From assembly GCA_047967505.1 (NCBI GenBank), contig CM106538.1: a stretch of 64,000 nucleotides of DNA; one strand, written 5' to 3'. This document shows, in pieces, positions 27,380-39,051 of this stretch. The position numbers and the translations under genes are program-made. Position 1 is the first letter of the stretch; every line of letters begins with the position of its first letter. The notes beneath the pieces are model-generated. The model saw only the letters and a list, made by a program, of their open reading frames with translations. It was not told where the DNA came from and ran no database searches. Source of the DNA: Dipteris shenzhenensis. Its lineage: Eukaryota.

Positions 27380-28297
27380 CCTGAAAACACATTGTGCAAG
27401 AACAACCATCGCCAATTTGTACCAAGCCTTAGTGGACCAGGAACCACTTGTCTCCTTCACAAGCACGGCCTCCACTAGTCCTTTTTCCTCTTCCTTAGCA
27501 AAGTAGCACATGAGGGTGTCTCTATTTGTCACGCCAAATTTTGCATCATGAAGATGTCGTGCGCTATTGTGTGTGGGACATGCAAACGGGCAAGCTAGCA
27601 CATGAAGATGCAATGGGTGAGATTATTGATTGAAGTAGACAAAAAATTCCAAAGCACAACACTCACAAGCAAGTGGAATGATACTTGTTTATCTTGGCAA
27701 GCGCGAGCAACACCTCTCCCCTCAATGATGCTCAAACTACATGAATTTGCAGCCCACTTGGATGTGCTGATGTGCGGACTTTACATATATTATAAGCCAG
27801 TACATTGTAAGTTTCCATTAGGGGGGAGGAAAAACCATGGCAACAAAGAAATGTCACATAGATTGAAAGCAAAAGAAGGTACTTATGTTGATATGCCTAG
27901 CCAAGCCTTTAGCCTATGGTTGCCATCCCAAACTAATAACTTTTAACCTTTCAAGTGGACCCACTCTGGTTCTAAATCGAGCTCATCCATAAATTCTTGG
28001 TTCACCATTTCTTGAAGGTGAATTTTTGCATGCTCTTTCACTTGCATGTCACGTGTGGCACGACTACTCTTTGCTCCTATCGATTCCTTTTCCCTACTCT
28101 AAAGAGATGCCGGCATGTCAATGTTGGAGACCATAGAGGGATCTAAGACATCTTCCTCATGTACTGGAAAACATCTGCATGCACTTCATTGAAGTGACCT
28201 CTAGAGGGTCCCTTACAATGTCCTATAGTGTGGTGTCCTTGGATCTACATTGCAATCACAAAGGGTAGCAAGAACCTTGAGCACTCCTTGATGCTAT
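27380..28297 (-). pseudogene. Degraded intron-containing gene with a ParB/Sulfiredoxin-like motif
   Basis: LLVWDGNHRLKAW (WDGNHRLKAW at 27901-27930), preceded by DIVRDPLEV..F. Splice-like acceptor TTGCAG at 28298-28303 and donor GTAAGT at 27374-27379. Stops and frameshifts are present. Confidence 0.55.
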
Positions 28298-28655
28298 CTG
28301 CAACATAGAAAATTGAAAGTGAAATTCGGACACAAGAAGGAAGCCTTTTAAAATATCCATGAAACATACTAATATTTCAAAAACAAATAGGGATAAATAC
28401 AAGAAATTAAAAGATTCATATCTAAGAAAACTAGAACTGTAGATGTTACATACATACATGCATGCATGCATGCGTGCACGCATGTGCACACACACACACA
28501 CACACACACACACAAGATTGTGATAAGAAAAATGATTATATAAGATATGTGTGTGTGCATGTGTGCATGTGTGTGTGTGTACATGTGTATATAAATAAAC
28601 AAACAAGCGAGTACAAATACTCATGAGCACTAACCTTATATAGACTAGTTGATTT

Positions 28656-28700
<45 letters not shown>

Positions 28701-28807
28701 ACTCAAAATAGAAAGTGGGGAAATGTGCCTTAAAATAATTGGAGTGATACTTTTTTCCAAAAGTGTCAGAAGAGCACTGCCTATAGTGTAGCTAATAAAC
28801 AAATAAA

Positions 28808-30156
28808 TTTTAATGACAATTTGGCATACTGCTATTCCAAAATGATGATGATCACATCATCAATATATGTGGTATAATGAAGGCTGTGTGAGCTCTCTTA
28901 ATGCAATGATGTCGTTAGTGACCTTGATGCCTCTAATAAAGCCCTCAATGTTTCAATGAAAAATTAATACACAAAGAAATAGACATTTACTAATCATTAG
29001 ACAAACCTTAGAAGCTCAAATTTCTTTGATAAAAATAAAACTCTTTGTAGATGCACATCGAAAATGAGCTTAGAAGGCCCCAAAACCCTACAATGGACTA
29101 TAAACATAGGTACCTTTTGACAAATTTTCAATTCCAATATGAAAAAAAGTCCAGTCATTGGCTTTTGCTGATGAAAGCCAAAGATTAGATCATGGCTCAT
29201 TGAACATTTTATAAAGTAATGAAGGCTATGTATGAGCCCTCTTAATGCAATGATGCCTTTAGTGACCTTCATGCCTCTAATGAAGCCCTCAATGTTTCAA
29301 TGAAAAATTAATACTCAAAGAAACAAAAATTTAGTAATCATTAGACAAACCCTTTAGAAGCTCAAAAGGGCCCAAAAGCCCTATAAACGACTATAAACAT
29401 GGGTACTGTTTGATGATTTTTCAAATTCCAATATGAAAAAACGTACACCTGTAGGGGCCAGTCATTGGATTTTGTGCGAAAAAAGCCAAAGATTGGCTCA
29501 TGGCTCATTGAATTTTTTTAAAGTGATGAGCAAATCCATGACTTTTGCCATGAGCTAAAAATGCCATGTAAAAAATTTTAAGTCATGAGCTAATCTGTGG
29601 CTTTTGCTTGGCGAAAGCCATGCACCATGAGCATCCATGCTTGGCTCATGACTTAAAATTTTTTCACTTCTACATTGCATTTGCTCTAAGTTTAGGGAAA
29701 TCTTTTTAAAGGCATGAGCGAATCCATGGCTTTTGCCCTATGAGCCAGGAGCCAGGAGCCAATCTCTGGCTTCCATCCGACAAAAGCCAATGAATGGCCC
29801 CTACATGTGCACTTTTTTGGATATTGGAATTTAAAAGTACCCATGTTACAGTTGTTTCTAAGGGTTTTGGGCCTTCTAAGCTCATTTTAGGTGTCAAAAA
29901 TGTCAAATTATGTATCTATAAAATGTTTCATTTTTTTGTCAAAGAAAGTAGAGCTTCTAAAGGGTTTGTCTAATGATTACTAAATATTTATTTCTTTGTG
30001 TACTAATTTTTGATTGAAACATTCAAGGCTTCATCAGAGGCATCAAGGCCATTAAACACATCATACATAGATCTCATACATAGCATTCATTACCATATAT
30101 GTTGATGATGTGATCATGATCATATTGGAATAACGGTGTCCCAAATCCTCATTAAA
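28808..30156. mobile_element. Foldback-type element with long (~350-400 bp) imperfect inverted arms
   Basis: 28809-29200 is the reverse complement of ~29760-30156. The left arm is tandemly duplicated (~29215-29520). The centre carries the same CATGAGC(C/T)AATCTGTGGCTTTTGC motif as 7021-8878. Confidence 0.7.
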
Positions 30157-30260
30157 GTCATGTATATGTATAAATTATACATACATACATACATAATAAC
30201 AGTGTTCCAAATCCTCATTAAAGTCATGTATATGTATAAATTATACATACATACATACAT
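30129..30260. repeat. Tandem duplication, 2 x ~66 bp, ending in (CATA)n
   Basis: AATAAC.GTGT.CCAAATCCTCATTAAAGTCATGTATATGTATAAATTATACATAC.. occurs twice. Confidence 0.9.
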
Positions 30261-30329
30261 ACACACATAATATGTGCTTAATAGATGCCCCACCAAAGCT
30301 ACAAACACTCCATATGAGGTATGTATGAG

Positions 30330-30530
30330 AAGAAGCCCTTAGTGGCACACCACAAGGTGTTTGGTTGCTTGGCATATGCCTTAGTGCTACAGAAACACCT
30401 TGCCAAGCTTGTTAATAAAGCTTTTTAATGTATCTTCGTGGGTTGTAGTATACAAAGCAAGGAATATAGGTTGTATCCCCTCTAGCAAGAGGGCAGTTAC
30501 CAGCAAAAACATAAAAATTTGTTGAAGACT
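30330..30530 (+). pseudogene. Copia integrase C-terminal remnant
   Basis: KVFGCLAYALV..CIFVGCS..KEYRLY. Confidence 0.65.
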
Positions 30531-31749
30531 CCACTCAGAGTTTGTTGTCTTGCCATAAACAGCTTGAAATTTAAACCCGGGATGTGTTTGATCTCATGCT
30601 ACCCTAGGCCAATGGAGCCCAAAAAAGGGAGAAAATTACAGTATTGCCCTTGATTCTATTATATAGGCTAGTACAACACCTAGTCCTCCTATTAAGACTC
30701 ACTTACACAAGCACATATGCCTTTGGAGATGCCCATGGATGAGGAGGGGATGAGGTAGATGTTGAGCATGTAGTGGATGAGGAAGCTCAACCCCTCCGGA
30801 AAAGCAAAGGTGTGTGTTTAACCCAAGAGTTTCACAAACATGTTGTTGAAGCTGTTTTGATCTTGTTTATAAAATGATGTGATGATCTTTGTCCAATTTC
30901 TGCATTAATCTTTGAGCATCATTTGGTTCAAGTTTCTTGCGGCTTAGATCCTCTCTTCATGGAATGTTGGCCAATGGTAGTGGGCAAAGCAATAATCCAC
31001 ATCTCAGGTCTTTACCTAAATCATTTCCACATTTCTAGCATCCAAGTTACACTCTTCTAGAAAACAAAATTAAAAAGCAAAAGTAAGCTTGTTGTGCATT
31101 AAAACTCTTTATGATAGCTAAGCTAGGAATGTGGTTACCTCTTTTTCTCCCCTTCTATGCATCTTTTTTGGGGATGTGCATTACAAAGCTAAGATCCACC
31201 AGCTAACTATGTTGTTGATGACATGTAAATATTTCTTGATGTGCTGTTCTCTCACAAAATTCTTGAGGGTTAAGGTTGTCCATGGAATTTTTTGTGCAAA
31301 GGTTTCTCAATCATGTGATTTGGAAGCAACCAGGAGGTCTTTGTAACCCCAATTTTATCACAAGCAAGGAACAATGTAACTTCTTAGATGTTACTATTAG
31401 TAGAGTTTTGGGAATTGATAAACCTGATAACTAGCTGTAGTGGAAATAAAAATGTCCTAAATCTATAAGACTCCCATCACCATGGAGATTGTTTATATGT
31501 TTAAATTGAGGTGATCACTTCAACTTCAGAGAAGTTTTATATAGCACGATATGATACTTAATACAACAAAGTAGCTTCATCCTTATAATTTCTATGTCAA
31601 AGGCTCCCTTTTAATAACTTCTATATATATATATATATTTATTTATTTATTTATGTGGTAAAATATTCTTTGGAATCTCTAGATAGAGCGTTTTGAATAG
31701 GTTAGATGGCGATTGTCTCTATGATGGAAAAAGCTACAGAAGATGATGC

Positions 31750-32240
31750 CTAGTATGTAGATTTGGGAGCTTTGAATAATATGACATGTCACGGAGAATG
31801 GTTCAACAATAAAGAAGAGATACATGATGCTACTATGTATCAAATGACAGTTGGAAGCCTTATTCACATGACTATTGCAAGGCTAGACTTGAGCTATTCA
31901 GTTGCTCTTATTGGCCAATTTATGTAGAGGCCAAGAAAGCCACATCCAAAAGCCACATTTGGATGCAATACAAAGAATACTATGATATGTGAAAGCCATG
32001 GGCTCTTGTATGAGTTTGGGAAAGAAATTGAGGTGCTGGGATATACAGATGCAAATTGGGCAGCATGTTTGTATGATCATAGATCTACAAGTGGATATGC
32101 ATTTGGCCTTGGAAGTTGTATGGTGAGTTGGAGCAGTAAGAAGCAGCCCATTGTTGGGTTGTCTAGCATGAAAGCTGAGTATAGAGGGGCAGCAATGGCT
32201 ACATGTGAAGTGGCTTGGTTGGAAAAGTTGATGGATGACT
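31750..32240 (+). pseudogene. Copia protease/RT-RNase H remnant
   Basis: MTCHGEWF is joined to VGSLIHMT..LDLSY, then GYTDANWA..DHRSTSGY..SWSSKKQPIVGLSSMKAEY. Confidence 0.8.
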
Positions 32241-33095
32241 TGACATTACAAAAATTGTGGACTCAAAAAAGGGCCCTTTAGAGAGCTATTAAAATATTAG
32301 AGGCCTGAATAAGGGAATATGGAATTCATCAAGGAGATTATGCCATGTGGACTTCTCTGTAACAGAAGCTTTCCAATTCTAGGAGGAATTCCTTTTTTTT
32401 TTCCAAAATATGCCAAAAAATGTCATTGGTACTTCACAATAAAATATTGCCTAGGGCAGGTTGGGCAGGTCTAGCCTGACCATGTCAGGTCTCCGTGTTT
32501 TCCTCCCATCCAAACTAGCCCTAAACTAGAACTATGCTCACATTTTCCTTCTAGTTCAACCAACTTTGACTTCCAAACCAACTTCCTCACTATTCTCTCT
32601 CTTACAAACGTTTCACCTCCTCCATGCACTAAAAAAATACATTCCCGTCACCTTCTAGCACCTTGTTTCAAACTATCTCTATTCTACTTTTGATTAGTCA
32701 TTTTCCCTCCTCTTTGTTCACGTTTTTCTTACACCTATAAAAATTTCTTAGAGAAAACTTCTGTCCATGCTCTATTTGCCCCTCTTCTCTCCTATTTCGT
32801 TATCACTTCCATGCATCTGTACATTACTACTCTCTTCTTAGAAACCAAAGGTGCGACCTAATTCTTCTAAGAAGAATTACGAAAAAAGAGTGTTCTATCA
32901 TTTTTTCCTCTTTCTCTACCTTATGGGAGCATATAGAATCAACTTTAGAAGAAAGAACACATAGTTTCAAGGTAATGAAATAATTTCACTGAAAATTATC
33001 TCTTTGTTATATTTTTGTCTTACAATTTGTCTATAACAGATGTTTCTTTTCTGGTAGAGGAGGGATAGAGAGAGGGAGGGAGAGAGGGAGAGGGC

Positions 33096-33143
<48 letters not shown>

Positions 33144-35059
33144 CGAGAATTAAGTGATTATTATGTTTGTTTATGGTTGGAATGAGAAGAATGAGAGAGG
33201 AAGAGAGATGTTGTTAATCATATGGAACTGGGACAGGGACTATGGAGATGCAGAATGATAGATATCGAGGTAGTTTACAATCTGTTATACTAAAGAACAT
33301 CAAGGATGAGCATGGGGAATGAATTTCTCAACTCTACAAAAAATATTCATGGATAACAATGGAACCCACTAATCGTGGGTGCTATAAAGGGGCTCAGAAG
33401 GATGCAAGGGACATGTCCAAACATTGGAACGAAAGGATATTGTACTTTAAGATGTCTCCCAGCAGCAACAAAACAGTAACCTGAGTATATATTCAACATG
33501 TCTTTACCTATGCAAACACACACATGCATCCACATATAGGCCTTCCATACGTAGGCCTAATCGTAAGTATTCCAAAGTAAACTAGTGTCATGCTTCAAAG
33601 TATTTGCATTAATCTGGGGACTTTCTTTTGTCTTGTACTTGTTTTATAGATTGGTATCCATCTACTTACAAAGAGTGGGAGCCTGCAACATGCATAACTA
33701 GGGTGTTGCATGTCCTCCATGCTAAGATTGAGAGTCTTTAATACAAAGGTTGCACACCACTAGAATTGAAGAAGGACAGGACCTTCTTTTATGACTCAAT
33801 GTAATACCGGATCAAGAAAGCCAGTATGGAAGATTAGAATCACTTCCCTTGCCTTCTTTTGATAGTCCAGAGTGGACACTTCCAAGCACAAAGATCAACA
33901 AATCATATAGTGTTCAATGATGTGAAAAATGCTATGAATCCAACTATTGGTGGAGGAAATGCTAGGCTGAGCTGGCTTCTTCCATTCCCATGTTTTGTTG
34001 ATTTCTTTGTTGGTTGTATGCAATTGAGAAAAAGAAAGATAACATATACTTGCAAGAGCTTAGACCTGGACTGGCTATCTAATTTATTTGACAATGGATG
34101 GACAATAGGAACATGTTATAGTCACAAGACTTGGTACAATGTCTATTGAACACTTCATATGTGACATTTCGGTAAAAAGGTCTTATAATTCTTGTTTGGA
34201 TAAACAATTATATTGTTATAAGATAGTATGTATTGACAGATTCCAATTTTTGTAGGGATTTCATTGGAAGGAAAAATCTTTGCATGTCTTTCACATATAT
34301 AGGGTTTAAATGGAAAAATCTGCAATGGGAAGCAATGGATGATGATTTGCGTGATGGGACTCACAGTCCCGTTGTTGAAGTATTTATTTATCGACAAGGA
34401 TAGCATGATCTAATGTTGGAATTGGAAGAGAAGTGAACCATGCGGTTCAATAGGAAAAAAAGGAGCTCATTTTGGGGCCCTTTAGGGTTTAGAAAAATAG
34501 GCTCTCGACCAATCAGAAGAGGGCCAAGGTAACATTGGAAAAATACAAAAAACCATGTAAAAAGATTAAATAAGTCATATTCAAAATCTTTTTCTTTTAT
34601 TATGTCTGACATATGTGATCTTCAAAAGATGATTTTTTGTGTAGAATTTGATGATTCTGATTGCCAGCGTGACTGTGGAGAGAGCCAAAACCCCTAAATC
34701 GACCTTAGAGACACCAAAAACTGACGCCCGAAGGCTCGAAAAAGGTCAAAAATGCCTGGAATGGGGGATTTGCACTAAAACGCGATTTGGCCAATTGCGT
34801 TTTAGTGCAAGTTTGGTTGAGAAACTAGGTTTTTTAGTTTGATTACTATTCAAAAACATGATCAGAGACTGGAGGCAGCAAGTGGGAGGCCTACATCAAA
34901 CTTTGGGCCTTTGAATAAAGAAATAAAAAAGTCAGCTTATGTCTAATATTCTATTGCCCTCCACTAGATCCAATATTTTACTTAGGTTTATTCACCTTAT
35001 CCTTCCATGTCATCAACCCAAGGGCTCTCTTACAAGGCCCCTTTTTGAGTCCAAATTTT

Positions 35060-35365
35060 ATGGTCATAAGGTGGAAGTAGCAGTCACAATATATTGTGAC
35101 AGTACGAGAAAAAAAAATAGCTAGCAAACAATCCTATCTATCATGTACAAAGAAAGCATATTGAGGTGCACTATTACTTTGTTTGGGAGAAGGTGATTAC
35201 AGGACAAATAAACTTGGTTTATGTGAGGACGGAGAAAACATTCTGATTAAGGCATTGGGCAGAGAGAAGTTGGAATACCTTAGAGGAAAACTTGGTGTGA
35301 AGAAATTCGACATGAGCTCAAGGGGGAGAGTTGAAAGATTTGCAAGCTCAAGGGGGAGTGTTGTA
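35060..35365 (+). pseudogene. Copia RNase H end with a duplicated polypurine tract
   Basis: VTIYCDS..NNPIYHVQRKHIEVHYYFV..KALGREKL. AGCTCAAGGGGGAG occurs twice, each followed by (A/T)GTTG. Confidence 0.7.
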
Positions 35366-35808
35366 AAAGGTGTCAAGTTTTGTTATAAAACTATGCTTTT
35401 GTATCCTATTGGGCTTTTTTTCTATATGAGGATTGGCCAAAACTTTGAGAATTTTTTGCTTGGTTCCAGCTAAAAATTGAATACTTTCAACAAGTATTTT
35501 AAGTGGATTAAGATGCTTTTAAGAATGTCATGATTATACATGGAATGAATCGACTAAAACAGCCTTTTTTTTTAAATGTTCCATTTGCTTTGCATCATGA
35601 GCTGTCCATAGTAGTGATTGCTAGAAGCAAAATCAATCATCAACAATGTAAAGTTCTTTTTTTTAGACACGATTGGTTGGCTCAAGTCTTCTTGAATCCC
35701 TTAATTCTTTAGCTCTTTGACTATAGAGAGAATTGAGATATTGTTTGTATTTTGGTATTGTGATGATGATCAAGGGAGTCGAAAGAAAAAATAATGTGAG
35801 AAGAATCA

Positions 35809-35844
<36 letters not shown>

Positions 35845-36390
35845 AGCTTTCATGTTTGGACTTCTCTAACTCTTGATGGCTAAGAGAAAATGGCATCAAT
35901 AACTCACCCTCTTCCCAATTGTCGTATTGAAAAATGTTTAAGGGATTCAAAAGAGAAATAATATGAGAGGATTTCCCTTAGAAAAGTGTCTTATATAAGC
36001 TTCAAGAAGTTGAAGATTTTAAAGAAAATTTATGAATAAGCATTGAAACTAGTAACCATCATATTAGATTTCATGTTTCACATGTCTCTAAGTCATAATG
36101 GCCAAGAGAGATGGGCATTAATATTTGTGGTATAATTGACCCTCTTCCAAGATTGTGTTACTTAGTTGGATTTGAATTGTGCTAAACAATAGTCAATGGC
36201 CTTTCTTCTTTCTTACAAGAACATCAAATTACAAATGTCTCAAAGTTATTAAAATTTCCTTTCCAATTATATTAGAAAGTGGAAATAAAATGTGCTTTCC
36301 AATCATAAGAAAGTGGAAATAGAATGTGCAATGGGTTCTAAAGGTGCATGCAAGAAACTTCAGTTTATCTTGCATTTGTGGTATCTCTTC

Positions 36391-36549
36391 AGGGAATGGC
36401 ACTAGTGCCATTATTCTCTTGCAAAGACAATATTTAGGTTTTCAAACAGGAGATTGGCACTAGTCCATACTCTCCTATGAAATTGTGGAGAATGACACTG
36501 GTGCCATTCTCCCCTTGTAACGGAGAGTATGATACTAGTGCCAATCCTC
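36391..36549. repeat. Four degenerate copies of a ~26-bp palindrome GGAGAATGGCACTAGTGCCATTCTCC
   Basis: Copies at ~36391, 36449, 36487 and 36522, separated by short unrelated spacers. Confidence 0.8.
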
Positions 36550-38412
36550 ACAACATCCTATGAGGTTGACATTTTAGTTTTGGGTTTCCATTTAAGGATT
36601 CTTGCATGAATTCGTAGTGGCCTATGCTCGGCCTATGTGTGGGTTGGTCAAGAGTGGACATGGATTTTATTTGTGTGTTCTCAAGAGAAGATGGACGACA
36701 ACAAAAGGAAATATATATTCAAACCTTCCAAAGATATAGAATGTTCGAGGGGGACAAGATGGAATCGAATTCGTTAGAGATACCTATAGTATACTTGGAG
36801 AGTGTGACTTCGACTCTCTTCCATAGTTAGTGAAAAGAAGATTGGAGTTAGTTGACTCACCAATTCATTGGTAATTTCTACGAAGAAGAAATCTATCTAA
36901 TAATGATAGATTTGGCATTTACAATGAAGCATCTTTCCATTGAGATAGCAATGCAATATGGTGATCGAGCTCTTGATCTAATCTCTTGCATGCAAATGGT
37001 TTCCAATACTCATGGAATATTTGATGAAGACCCTCATTAAAAAGAATTTCATAGATGGTTTAGTTTCTCCCTTAAAGCAATAATTAAGAATTGAAGATCT
37101 TATTGCCTTGCAAGCAACAATCAAGCTTGTGATGGCGGCATGGGAAGAAACATTAATTATTGATGACCTTGCCATTCATGAGATAGAAAATCTAAAGGCT
37201 ACCAAGCCTCTTCTTGGAGTCCCCATGCATCCTTGTGGTCGTGGCTCATGTGGTAATAATTACAATCTCTATCCTTACACATCACCATCATCTGAGTGAA
37301 AAATAACCCTCTTAGTTGGGCATTGGATCGAGTAATAGTTAGTTAAAGTGCAAGCACAATCATTAGAGAAACATCCTATGCCACATGCCATAAATGTGAC
37401 ACGCAAGGACCTTATCATAAGAGTGCACCAAGCAAGGCCATTATCACTAAGAGCCTTGACTACCCCTCTTGGGTTAGAAGAACAACATCCAAATATTGCC
37501 CTAAAAGTATTTTGGTGCAAAGACAACATGAGAGATTGGCACTTCTCCTCCTAAAAGATACTCAAAAGATAAGGATGGCCCTGAATAATGAAGCCAAACT
37601 TATAAGACTAGCTTCATCGACTAGCATGCTAGATGCATACTTGCATAGAAGGAAAATGTTGCAAGGTAGTTTGAAAGGTCTATAAGGACTATTCATCCCA
37701 TCAACCTCAAAATCAATGAAGGTGAGAAGGATTACTTCATCTTGAAAGATTAGAAGAGTTCTTAATTTTCAATTTCCTTACCTCAGTCAATGGCAAGCAT
37801 TCATCGATGGGAGGGAAACTATCAAGGGGGAAGGGGATTGGGGGGGGGGTTGAGTTTCTAATTTTGCCTTGAGGGGAAAAATGGAGGATGCCAACCTAAA
37901 GTCCTTTCTTTTGAGGTTGATCCATATGCATACATGGTGGATCCGAACCAAAGGGTTGTTGTTCATAGAGAGAATTCTTGGAATATGTTGACCATGTCAT
38001 GGTGATCGATCTCCACTCTCTCTCCACTATACTATGAAGACAAAGCTTAAGATCAAGGTTGTTGATGGCCTTGTGGTCAAAGATGCACTAGTCACTATAA
38101 GTGGGGTAACTTCTCATCTACATGTGCTTGATTTTTATGATTTTTGATTACCAACTTATCTTAGGCAAACCTTATGAGCTATTGGGTCCATGGGCATATG
38201 GCTCTAAAGAGGTGTGTAAATACTGAAGGTTCCTAGAGAAGATTTCACGCATGACGAGGTAAAATTCTTTCACTCCCTTTAAAGAGAAGATCTATCTACG
38301 TATATACGGAAATGGTGGATGGACTACTAATTCCAATATTCCACTAGAGAAAATAGGGAGCGCTTTCGTTTGTTCATTTATTCATTTCTATTCTTTTGAG
38401 GCTTAACTGCAG

Positions 38413-38652
38413 GTCGCTGGACTGAGAACTGGGCTCCAAACATTCGAGAATGGTGCTAAGTTTAAGCTGCGTGATCCCCTCAAGAATCTCCTGTGTACAG
38501 TTGATTTGTTAACTCGATTAAATGGCCGGTGGTACTCGGTTGCAGATAGGCCGGAATTAGTCGTATTGCAATGTAATTTTGCATCACGGCTCTCAAACTT
38601 AACGTATCCGGTTGTTCTGCAATTGAGGGCTAGTGTGAAAGTTCGTTTTTGA
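38413..38652 (+). CDS. Probable terminal coding exon (79 aa + stop) of an unidentified host gene
   Basis: Pyrimidine-rich acceptor ..GCTTAACTGCAG, then an open frame VAGLRTGLQTFENGAKFKLRDPLKNLLCTVDLLTRLNGRWYSVADRPELVVLQCNFASRLSNLTYPVVLQLRASVKVRF*. CpG is retained and no TE motifs are seen. Confidence 0.7.
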   Translation, partial: VAGLRTGLQTFENGAKFKLRDPLKNLLCTVDLLTRLNGRWYSVADRPELVVLQCNFASRLSNLTYPVVLQLRASVKVRF

Positions 38653-39051
38653 ACCTAGTGTATTGTCTGATCAAGGCTACAACCCTATGCAGCTAGCCGC
38701 ATCCTCCGCAGTAGCAGCCCCAAAGCTTTGATTTGAAGCATATCGCGGGCACAGACAACCTCTTGTGGTAACTAAGAGAAAACCCAAGCTTTTTAAAACC
38801 GCGTAAAGAGGATATCATACGAATGAACTTTGTATAGCGAAAGGATCAGTATGCAGCCCAATTTCAGAATTAGATACATTTCGTAATTAGTCGATGTTAG
38901 AAAAGCTGGTCTTGCTCAATGAGGTTTGCACAACGGAATCAAGTGGCATCTCCCTTCAACTTGGTGAACCCTTGCTTTCATTTAGATTCGCTATTCCATG
39001 CCTGTCTTTTGCACGTTCACAGTGGAGGGTGAATTCAGGAAAATGAACGGC

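Noticed and set aside
36391-36549. CRISPR-like array
   Set aside because: Repeats are degenerate, spacers are 9-29 bp and irregular, there are no cas genes, and the context is eukaryotic.
36620-37850. Possible decayed gypsy remnant ending in a purine tract
   Set aside because: No diagnostic domain motif could be read with confidence.
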